This document shows, piece after piece, positions 1-10,703 of a stretch of DNA of 64,000 nucleotides. The stretch is taken from assembly GCA_003971905.1 (NCBI GenBank), contig RSEE01000092.1:62001-126000 (forward strand). Direction: 5' to 3'. Position numbers and translations under genes: made by a program. The notes under the pieces are model-generated. The model made no database searches, was not told the origin of the DNA, and was given only the letters and a program-made list of their open reading frames with translations. How positions within the stretch are numbered: position 1 is the stretch's first letter; the number at the start of each line of letters is the position of its first letter. The stretch is from Moniliella sp. 'wahieum' (taxonomy: Eukaryota).

Positions 1-208
1 GCTCGGATGTCAACCACGTTCCTCCGTGTCCATACGCGCTTCCTAGGGTACGGGACCGGATGGCATGAGCCGGAGGGTCCTGATATCCTGGCGATCCCCT
101 GGTTCCTTGACCCTGGTGGCGCCCCTAAGTAACCCCGCAAGATGAACGGTTAGGTTTAGACGTAGCGTTCCCCTGTCCCAGCCTTCTTAAGTCTGCCAAT
201 GAAATGGA
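1..208 (+). mobile_element. 3' end of an RLE-type (CRE-like) non-LTR retrotransposon, copy 1 (continues upstream of the window)
   Basis: 1-208 matches 33464-33673 apart from a few single-base indels, mostly in C runs. It covers the ORF C-terminus (..RVHTRFLGYGTGWHEPEGPDILAIP) and the short 3' UTR ending CCAATGAAATGGA, after which the two flanks diverge. Confidence 0.9.
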
Positions 209-2294
209 CGTTCTCTACCATTTCCACTCTGTTGCATGTGAATAGGTGGAGGTAACCAAATTGGCCAACCAGGTTCATCGATCATCGATCATCATTGATA
301 TGTATAACACAAGATAACGTCAATATACGCCGCTGTCCACGTCCGGTATGCGTACTTCTGTCTGAGATTTGACGCTTTGACGTCTCTTTCATGCCATAGG
401 TACGTAGTAGGCCACGTCTCAAGCTCCTCAAGCCCCTGTGCCCCCCCTTTGGTGTCACACGCCCCCCACGAACGGGGGGGTGGGAGGGAAGGGGTGGCTG
501 GGTGTGGCCTGTGGCGGTACTAGTAGCGGAGAGGAGGGAGCGGGGAGTCCCCCGTGTGTCGATCGGCTTGTGCAACAGGGTGCTGTGGTCGATGCGTCTT
601 TTGCCAAAGTTGCTGGGGAAGGCGCTCAGGCGCTCCTCAGGCGCCCAGGCCTGAGCAAGCGGTCTGAGCCTCAGTCCTTCCGCTGAGCCGCTGAGGTACT
701 AAAGAGGGCCCCGGCTGGACAGCTGAGCCACTGAGCTCTCTCACAGCCACATGTGCGGGTACAACAGTGTCCCAGTGTGCTCCGAGATCTGGCCACCATC
801 GCCGCACCCTGTCGCACCCGCAACGACGAAGACCCGTGGCTCAGCGCCCAGCGCCCAAAAGCGCCAGTAGCCCAGATCTGTCTACGCCAGTCCCTGGCCC
901 CACAGGCATCTCGACGTCATCGACGTCATCGATCAAGCGTCCCTTCATCAAGCATCCGTGCTCAGCTTGGGCGGCCCAGTCTAAGCACTCAGTCAGTACT
1001 CAGTTGAGTACGTCAAGTGTACTCACATTCTCAGCCGCTCAGCCGCGCTCAGCCAAGCCGCACCGGCGCAGCGCGCCCCGGCGGCCATTCCCGACGACGG
1101 ATAATTGCTGTGCGACACAGTCGAGGGATCTACAGAGTCACTAGGAAAGATGCATCGCATCAGTTGATGAGATTGACCTTAGTGTGACCTAGTGACCTAG
1201 TGACCTACCTTCCCATGCCGATGCGTGAGTCGGGAGTCGTGTTGAATTGTGTGGCTCTGTGCCGCGTGAGTTATTTTGTGACTACAGCGAGAGACCAGCT
1301 ATAGTGACTAGTGACTCTCTCGCCCTTTTCCCCTGGCCGTTGGAGCCTTTGTGTGCCAGACAGCGCGATGGCCACGCCTGCCGCCTCCGCAGCCGGTGCA
1401 GCAGACGACGAAGGTTATATAGTACCTGCCCCACACCCACCACCTGGCCCCAACGCTCGCTGCTGCCCCCCCTTCTCTCCGCTTTCGGCGCCGCTTCTGT
1501 TAATTGGCCCCTCAGGCCTCGGCCTCAACCCTCAACGTTCAACCAACGTTCAACCCTCAACGTTCAATCCGGCGTGAGAACCCCAAGGCGTTTCCAGTGG
1601 CGATTGAATACGAGCTAGCAGAGTGCCCCTGGCATCCATCCCCCTATTGTCCACCAGCTTTCCTCTCGGTGTGGATTGGATGGGAGGGTCTCCCCGCCAT
1701 CTCATCCTCGCCATCTGCACGCCACTTTCAGTTTCGTACCCGTCTGGGTAACCCTTTGCGTGGCCGAGCTGCCCTGCTGGTCTCTTCTGTGATCTCACCA
1801 GTCACTGCAACCTGATCTCTGACCTGCCGCCCTCATCTGGCTTCGTCATCCTCCAATTCCTGTCGGCGCTGAGGCTGATCTCAGCCACAAGTGCATTCTC
1901 GTCCCTCCCCAGCCACACCTGTCCACCCAGACACTCATCCATTGGCAATTCGCTCTCCCTCCTCCACCACAGCAGGCCGCTGTGCTCCGAGCAGCCGAGC
2001 AGCCGTCCGGGGCTTTGTCCGGGCCGCGCTTCATCCTTTCATCGTCATCCTTCATCGTTGAAGCCAAATCATTACTCACGCCTTGGAACGAGGCCCTTGG
2101 CCCCTCCCATTGCTCTTTCACCGCCTGCTCGACCGTGCATCAGCCGGAAACGCCGCGCCATCGCCCAGTCAGCGGTTTGCCAATCCCCCTCCCTGTGTGC
2201 ATGCACATGCCCCTCATCGGGCCCACTTTCCCCCCCTGCCCCCTCTTCCTCTCGCCTACATCCGGCCCATCTGCCCCCCCCCTTACTCGGTCCA

Positions 2295-3346
2295 ATGTCT
2301 CCAGTGCATGAGCCCACCAACTGCGACAGACGCATGCCCCCACCTCGGCCCCCACCACCCACCGTCTCCCCCACCATGCACCGCAGCAATCCAGAAGACT
2401 TGTGGGGTTTTCGAGGTGCGTACGAACGATCGGAACGCCGACCCGCCCATTCTCCCCCCACTAACTTGCCCCTGTATGTGTTCTTGTGTGAGACAGGTCA
2501 AGCCGAGTTGTGCCAGCATGTTGTAATGTCCCTCTTTTCCTGTCCCAACGTCCTGCCCGTTTCCTCTGTCGGTGGAGGTCACTCGTCTCGCCCCCGCTCC
2601 AGCAGCCATCCGCCAGCCACGGTAATCTCACCCCTGCTTGAGTTCTTGCTTATGCTTTGCACCGCGTACGTCTACCCGGCGCAGTGATCTACCAGGCTCT
2701 CTACCTGCTCAGGCGGCTCAAACAGCGATTCCCAGCTTCGCGCGGTAGCAGTGGCCACCGTCTCTTCATTTCGGCTCTTATGCTCGCTAGTAAATCCCTG
2801 TGTGACGATACATATTCGAACAAGTCATGGACCATCGTAAGCCAAGGGTTGTTCACCCTTCGCGACATCAACACGATGGAACAAGAGTTGTTTCGCTTCT
2901 TGAATTACCGAGTCAATGTCCAGCCCGACTCGCTCCTTACCTTTGCTGCCTTACTCGAGCACGGTCGGTTCTCGGACGCCCTCTACATCCCCACCGCCAC
3001 GTCTTCCCCTCCTGTGCCTCCAGACGGTAATACTCCAATCTCTAGCCCCTCTAGGGTTTCACAGCACTCTGATTCTGTCACCATGGCCCACTCAACGGCC
3101 ACCCCTAGTTCGGAACCTCCTTCTCTTCAACCCTCTACCTCCTCCAGTCGTTCCACCCGCTCCTCTTCCCCTCCCCTCCACAGCGCGTCTGGATGGCCAC
3201 TCGACCCCCCAGCCACTCCGTCTCAGCAGGCACAGCAAGGCCCACACACCTCTATAGTGGACTTCAATCTCACTTATGCCCCAACCCTTCCGTCGCAACG
3301 AGCTTCCTACCGCAGCCCTCTTCTGCACCCTTCGATGGTGGATTGA
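2295..3346 (+). CDS. Pho85-type (PCL/Clg1-like) cyclin
   Basis: Cyclin box YQALYLLRRLKQRFPASRGSSGHRLFISALMLASKSLCDDTYSNKSW..LRDINTMEQELFRFLNY. Likely in-frame intron at 2416-2496 (GTGCGT..ACTAAC..CAG). A 1-nt frameshift near 2646 restores F(I)AYALHR. Start is uncertain (2295, 2334 or 2376). Confidence 0.85.
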
Positions 3347-4535
3347 CGGTGCCCCATTGGACAACATCTGTGCCCTCCTTCTCCTCCCTTTCGCCTGTAC
3401 CAGACCCTTTAGCTCCTACGCCTGCTTTGACCATGGCCTCTTCTTCTTCTTCCCAGGGCGCTCCGAGTCGGGTACCAAGTATGTGGGGTGGTCCCTGGGC
3501 ACAGAAGGGCGAGAGACGATGAACTGCCTTCCCACCCCTCGGTCGTCTCGAAGGCCCGGCACACCTATGGACTTGATTCTTCCCTTGGGTCAGACCGAGC
3601 CACCGGTCTGACCTGCCCCTACCGTTCTCGGCTTTGTGACAGCTGTCCTCGCCATGAGAGCACGAGACGGACACCCCCCTTTTGCGTGAGAAGCGTGCCT
3701 TGCTCCTATCGGTCCGCTCGTGTCACATATAATGCCGCACCCCGTTCTTCTCGGGTGTTGACGGTCGCCTCTCGGGGCGCAGCTATATACCCTCCCGTCC
3801 CCCAGCTTGGCCGCTTCTCAACTGTCATCGCCCTTTTTGCTGAATAACCTCTCTTCTCCCCGTCCTCCTCTGGCTTCATATCGTCTCGTCTCGTACGGTG
3901 CCCCTCCCCCTCCCCCTTGCCCTCTCTCCAACAAGCCTCGCTCAGCTCCTTCTCGCTACGCCCAGACCTCCCGTATATGGTTGTTCCGCCCTCTGTGCAG
4001 TTATCGTATGCCTCTCTACTACCCCCTTTACATCGCGTATACAATGTCTGTGCCGCCTCGCTCTGTCCTAGGATCTGTTTGAGCGATACGATACGATAGG
4101 TCTCCGCTCTGTGTGCAAAGCGTTAATACAATCACGCGAATCACATACTGACGTTTTGATGTGTGTTGTGCTTTAGGCACCCGGCGTGCTTTGGCGGCCA
4201 TCAAAGGATGTCTCTCATTACTGCATATCAGCGGATCCGCGCCCACAGCGCCCAGCGCCCAGCCCAGTCGAAGAGAGACTTTTGCAAAAGGCCACACCTC
4301 TCTTTGAGAAAAAGGCGGATATGTATCTGGAGCTCAGGCTTTCAGGGCCCAAAAAAAGGAGGAAGGAAATTGTTCTACCTACCCCGATGGAAGAGTTTGG
4401 TACATTATGCATTATAGGAGAAAAGGAGCATAAGTGGGGAAGGAGCATAAGTGGGGGGGGGGTGTATCCCCGCGTTTTAATTGTATTATGTACGTTTCCC
4501 ACATAAAAAGCATCATGTAACATGTATGCGCATGA

Positions 4536-4573
4536 TCCTCTACTATCCTCTATCCTCTATCCTCTATCCTCTA
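4536..4573. repeat. (TCCTCTA)n heptamer microsatellite
   Basis: Tandem TCCTCTA units are directly visible. Confidence 0.85.
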
Positions 4574-5529
4574 TTACTCTCTCTCAGCCCAAAATTGCTC
4601 TTCATATTGTGTGACGCCTGAGGCCTGAGGGCCTGAGGCCTGAGGCCCGACGTTTGACCCTGGAACGATGTCAGACCTATGTGGGTCTCAGTACCAGTAA
4701 GGCTCGCGGCGTGTTGGAGCAGTGCAGTGGTAGTGTTGTGATCTGTTGCGGAGCGGCAGGCGCCTTGACGGATTCGCCCTAGCTGCATATTATAAGCGCG
4801 CTCGGGTTCGCAGGCGCTCTTCGGCCAGGCCTTAGGCCTTAGGGAAAGAATAGACTGCTTTTGCTTGGCGCTGTGAGATCTGAGACTTGGGGGGCACATT
4901 GGACACGCTGGCAGCTCTCAGGGTCTCAGGTGTTGGCAGATCGTCGATCGATCTCGATCACATCATGCATCACGAAGAAGTGATCAGTATAATCACTGTT
5001 CGATAATCCTATGCACCCGGACCCAGTGCGCGCCTCGATCGTCGATCAGTCGATCATCTCGATCATCTGTCAGACAGACACCCTCGACAACCAAAAGCCT
5101 ACTTGTGGGTGGCAGCAAGCAACTCGGTCTCAGGCCTGAGCCGCTCCGGGCGCTGTGGGCGCTGAGCCTCAGGGTGAGGCCTTCAGGCTCTCTCAGGGAT
5201 CTCAGGTCCTCCCAGCTGAACTGAACAGCCTCACGGGTATACTGGTATACCGGGATACCGGCTATATACCTACTCAGGCCACCAACTGGCCCCCATCTGC
5301 TGTGACGTGGAAGGGATGATTTGAGAACGCCTAGCTGCCGCCGTGCCCGCACCGCACCCGCACGGGGCTACTCAGCGCCCACTGCTCCCGGCGCGCGCGC
5401 AACCACCGTTTCCGTTACTAACCCTCTCCCTTCCTATGTGCTAGTTGCCTGTCTGTCGCCTTGACACCCCCGCGCTCTCCGCTTTACTAATAACCTCGTT
5501 TCCGCTCAGCCGCACATTAGTCATTGCTC

Positions 5530-6450
5530 CGCCGTTGGATGGATTAGCCCACTTTACTAGCTTAATTGAAGATTACGCGTCGAATGGAGTACTCCGTTTC
5601 CACGGTGCAGCAAAAATGTGTGGCCTTTCTTCGACTGAGCGAAGAACTACGGGAAGAGAGCGGTGTTCACGAGCAGGAACGTGAAATAAGTATCGAGAAG
5701 CGAATCAAAGCGGTATCGGTCATGAGAACAAGATGGAGAAAGGAAAAGCGAACGCTGTATAGAAGCACAGAGTAAGGCGCAGGCACAAAATAAGAGTTAT
5801 CTTAATGACATGTGATAACAAAAAGGTAACAGTGTGTGGCTTACATCTATAGTGTTGCAGAGGGTCTTTGTCTATAGGACCTAGGTTAGGCAAAACTGAT
5901 TTCTCTATGTTTTTTAACGTGAACACTGTGGGTTCATTGAACGGCTGTGGCTCTTTTATCTTGGGTGGACCCCGGGTTGGGACTGCTGGGACCCGTGAGA
6001 CCGACAGTTCATTAATTAAGGGCGAGTACTTTCCCTGTAAGAGGAAGGGTGATCATCCAGGACTCTCAGCACTCGCGGTTTATCAAGCCTCAAGCCTCGA
6101 CACCCTCTGATGTTGGCGGATCCGAATGGAGCTATATAGAGAGAGGTCTGGGCGAGGTCTACTTTATCGGGGAATCGGTTCGCGGGGAAATGGTGAGCGC
6201 TTGCGCTGTGTTGGGCGAGCCGATTGGAGCGCGCGTGGTCCTACAGGGTCCTCCGGGGAGGCGAAGACTAGTACGGTGGCAATGTGGACGAACAGGTCCT
6301 GTCGCATAATTTCGCTGTGAAGCAACTCGATTATCTTAGGATGTAAAACGGGATCCGTACTCGGTATTACGGGTGCTCCTGCTTCATACTAAACACTTCG
6401 GAGGAATTGCAGTTGGCCTTCTCTCGAATAATGACAGGGGGCACACAGAG
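5530..6450 (+). mobile_element. Decayed Crypton-like (tyrosine recombinase, Ndc10-II-like) transposon relic A
   Basis: AT-richer island with no long ORF. Fragments occur in the order expected for fungal Cryptons: EYSVSTVQQ..AFLRL, KRT..*GAGT (5776), DFSM, ET..KGEY..KRK.D..LSALAVY (6063), GITG..*TLRR (about 6390). Matched by eye to a recalled consensus only. Confidence 0.45.
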
Positions 6451-7531
6451 CTATGCTCCCATCTTCCACCCACTGCGGCCATACCCTCAGCGCCAATGAC
6501 GCGAAGGATTTTTAATGACGGATCACACGCACTACATACCCACCGACCGGGTGCCTATAACACTGTGTTCTGCGTCATCCTGGACTTTTTGGCGGGTGTG
6601 TGCTTCTCATCGCGCGTTCGTTAGTATACCGACAGTTTTTGTTCCTTTTCCTCCGTGTTATATATAACTGACACCGTTCCATAATATGCAACCTGAATGA
6701 ATACCATCGGCATCCATAAACCAATCCCCCTTACACGAAGCAAAGCACAAACTCCGCCCAGCCCATTCACAACCACACCAATGCTCCAGCCTGCCTCCCT
6801 TTATTAGCGAGCTCCTCGCGCTGCTACTATGGGCGAGGCTGCTGTGCCCGCGTTGCTACACACCTACCAAATCCCCAGTCGTTTGGTGGTGAGCCTGAAG
6901 AAGACGCACTGGCAGGGATAGGACGGGGGGTGATGGAGGGTGATAGCAGGTGACATATGATTAGCTTGGTTGCCAGGACATGAGGACACTAGGCAAGTGC
7001 ATACCACCGCTTGCGCTATGGGGTTAGGGTGACAAGGGGAATACGGCACGCGACCCAAAATCAGAGAGGGGCCGGGCAGAGTCTAGAGCCAAGTCCTCGC
7101 AGACACTGGCGCCGCGCTGGGAGGCCCTAGCTATGAGACATGCAGCTGGCGCCCTGCTGTCCAGCACACATGCCCCTCTGCCCTTGCACTATTATCACCG
7201 CAAGCGCATCATGCATCATCATCGATAGTCACCCATGCAGCGTCCCGTCACGGGTCACCCGTCCCTGCTGCCCAACAGGATGAGACACAGACGCCGTGCC
7301 TGAGTGCGATGCGCACGTCCCCCCATATAACCGGTCGTACTACTTGGGACCTGAGCGCCCTGAGCTTTCCTTTAGGCGATGGCTGCCTCGTGTTTCAGAT
7401 TACACTCGCATCGGGCCCTTTTTCACCAAACGCCTTGCTTTTAACTGTGTACATGCCCGCCGTCTTTTTCTACCTACCACCACCTCTTCCTCCTCTCTGC
7501 GACGACCACGACCGCCCGCTTCCATTGCAAA

Positions 7532-9327
7532 ATGGTGCAGCTGTCCGTCTCGTCCCAGCGCGCTATGCCTACCGCACCGTTTCCCCCGTCCCAGCCTGCC
7601 CAGCAGCTGGGCAAACGCATTTCCCCAACCCTGCGCCGCAAGGCCGTCACCTCGGCATCGACGGCGACGGCGTCGTCGGCACTCGTCGCATCGTTCGTCG
7701 CTTCCAGCAGCACCGGCCCTTCGCCGCCCTTCTCCTGAGCTGGGCCCGCTCCCTCCGCCACTGTATCCGAAGAAACCGCCACCACACCTGTGGACAGCGC
7801 AAGCGCACGCATCAGGATGAGGATGAGGATGAGGACGCAGACGCGGATACGAATGCTACGGTCGGACCCTCGTCAAAAAGGCCAGGTTGGACCATGCTCG
7901 GTTCCCTGGCACCACCACCCTCTCGCCCGCGATGTCGCTCGGAAGCCTGAGGCGGCCCCGGCCCGTCCTCGCTTTCAACGTGCGATCCCTACTCGCGTTC
8001 AACGTGCAACCCCTCCTCGCGTTCAAATTGCCACCCCACTCCTGCGCACACTGCAACTCCTCCTCCCGTTCAAACTGCAAAGGTACGGATCCATCCCCAT
8101 CATGCCAGGAACCACTGTAACGCAACCTCTTGACCATGTGCATGTGCAGCCTCTTCGCCCGGTGAACAAAGAACAGGACGATGATGCAGCGGAGTTGGAC
8201 GTTCTCGCCAGCATCGGTGGGATGCAAGTTTTTGGCCCAGCCAATATGACCATGGCGACAGCATTCTCGCGTATCGCTACATGGTTACCAAGAGCCGGGC
8301 AAGACGAAGTACGGCGAGGCCGTGTCCGCGCTTGACATGGTCACAACCAACAAGTGGTGATCAGTGTCAGCGGCTCCGACAAGGCCAGGCGCATAGAGAC
8401 GTTGCGTCACGCCCGGAACCTGCATGCAGTCGGCGCGATGAATGCCGACGTGATTGGGTGGACGCGCATGCGCGACGTGTTTTCTAACCGCACCCGACTG
8501 TGCATTGTGTTGATCGCCAGGCCAGCTCGGTGGACTACTATCTCAAGCGCCACCTCCAAGGCCGTCGCATGCCCCGGAACACATTCAGTCCATCATGAAG
8601 CAAATCCTCCTCTTCTCGCCTCGATCCATGACCAGGGCTTGGTCCATGGCAATCTCACCGCAGACAACGTCATGCTGGACAGTACTGATGCTGCTGCGCG
8701 CATCCCCGATCCTTCAAGCCTGGCCAAACGATTCCTTTCCTCTCCTCTTCCAGTGTCCACGTGTCCGATGCGCGCCCGTTCGTGCGCGGCCCAGCATGAG
8801 CCCGAGTGCGCTTCCAAGCTTGCCGTCCGCCCGAGGCGCTGCTTCGCACTCATCCCTGGTCGGCTCCGCTGGACGTGTGGGTGGCTGTGGTGCTTGATGC
8901 TGCAGCTGGCGATGGGTCAGGCGCCCTTTGGACCGGAAGGGAGCAAAGGAGGCGTACGCCCAGTACCAAGCCAACAAGCAGGACATTGACCAAAGCGACA
9001 CGCCTCTCTTGTCTGAGCTTCAGAGCGCGCTGGGTGTGAGCCGAGTGCATTTGGAACGCTTGCCGCCTGAGCAGCGCGAGGCACTCTTCTTCTCCAACGG
9101 TACGTGGCGCACCACCAAGCCCGTGCCCCATACCCCACTGCTGAAACACAGCAACAAGGACGAAAAAGCACAGTACCGGTCCTACGACTATTGGTTCAAG
9201 GACCTTGCCCGTCAACTTCTTGAACTAACCCTACCAAGCGCATCACGGCCCAGAAAGCCTGGAGCATCGCTTCTTTGCGATCCAGCCAAGCAAGGATTAC
9301 CCACGCACCATCCCCTTGCCTCAGTAA
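7532..9327 (+). CDS. Divergent CMGC-like protein kinase / probable pseudokinase (multiple frameshifts)
   Basis: IHDQGLVHGNLTADNVML (subdomain VIb), RPPEALL..WSAPLDVW, CLMLQLAMGQAPF, and C-terminal FKDLARQLLEL(N)PTKRITAQKALEHRFF. The N-terminus is low complexity. Confidence 0.65.
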
Positions 9328-10703
9328 ACATATTGTTTTTGTCACCAACAGTGACCTCCTCCCCATATCCCTCGGTTGTCTTCTTGTTGTACTCTGCATC
9401 GCTCTTCCATACGGTACCCGGCCTGATTCCCCCATGCGTCCTCTACAGCGGACTGCATCCCTCCAGCGGCCTCTCCCCGTCTGCTCGCCTCTTCCCGACA
9501 TCATGTTTCGTTCTCGCAGTCCTTCTGGGTTTTCAAGTCCATTTGACCCGGCCCATCACGATCTATCATAGCACGATCTATCATAGTTCCCTCCCATAGC
9601 TACTTATAGATTCCAGGTCTGCGTCCTCCCGTCATAAGAGCTTGCCATTATGAGATTGAGAGTGTCCGGATGACACTCGTTAGGGTGATGCAACCGCACT
9701 AGCGGGGTGCTGATGCTTAGCACAAACACACCATGTGACCCCCGTTACTATTATAATTGTCACGGGCGAATTCCAGCGAGGGATGCCACCCGGCGGCGCT
9801 TTGACACATCCAAGACTCCTCCATTCCAAGAATTGTAGACTATGGCAATGCAAAGCTGTCGTGCATAAGTCTGTGGGGATGAATCCGAGCGGGACGAAGC
9901 ACAAAAGACTATAAGCACACCTCTCGTCGCACTCTAGTACTACTTGCTAGTATATTTTTGCAGTGGAGCAAGACTGTGCGTTGAATATACTATCTCTTAG
10001 TGTGCCAGCCTGTTACCTGCTAGCACTGTGACCTCAGTCCTGCTCCGTCTTCTCGTACCATCGCCCACACGCACTAGCAAATCCAGCGTTCATCAAATCC
10101 GGAAAAACAAGGTGTGCACAAGGAATGGATGCCGAGACGATCGAGATGAAGAGAGCAAGGAAAGGGAAGGATGGCAGCTTGGGGCCAAGGATGATCGATG
10201 ATCGATGTTCGATGCAGGGGAGCGAGGGGGGGGCGGGGCGGGGGGGGAGAAAGGAGAGTGTCCGAAAACTCAATGGTGGAAGCACATAAGCAACCGTCCA
10301 CAGTGGGAAAAGCGAGAAGCGTATAAGCCAAATACGGTCCCATTGAAGATGAGTACGACCGTTGGTGCACTTGAGACGCCCTTGAACGTAGGAAGCCATG
10401 CAATGCCATGCCACGCATTGCCTCAACATGCGTTGTCTGGCCTTGAATTTGTCTTGCCTTTTGCCGTGGATAGTCGAAGAAATCGGCAGAAGCGGGACGC
10501 TGGAACCTTGACGCATGCGCTGAGCGGAGCCGAGGCACCCACAGCGCCCATCCACAACCACAAGAAGAGGGAAGCGGGAAGGGGGGAGGGGGGAGGGCTA
10601 AGAGGCTACGGGACAACCAGGATAAGGGGGGAAAAGGGTGCAGGGGGGTAAGGAGGTAAGGAGGTAAGGAGGTAAGGGGGGGAGGGGCTACACGAGGCAG
10701 GGA

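Noticed and set aside
201..224. GAAATGG..CCATTTC hairpin at the 3' junction of copy 1
   Set aside because: A 7-bp stem that is not reproduced at copy 2; compatible with chance.
1368..1577. ATG-initiated 69-codon ORF upstream of the cyclin as a regulatory uORF
   Set aside because: About 0.7 kb upstream with no evidence that it is in the transcript; overlaps candidate promoter motifs.
4423..4456. 17-bp direct repeat AAGGAGCATAAGTGGGG x2 as a CRISPR-like unit or transposon end
   Set aside because: Only two adjacent copies, with no spacer and no inverted partner found. Eukaryotic context; a simple tandem duplication.
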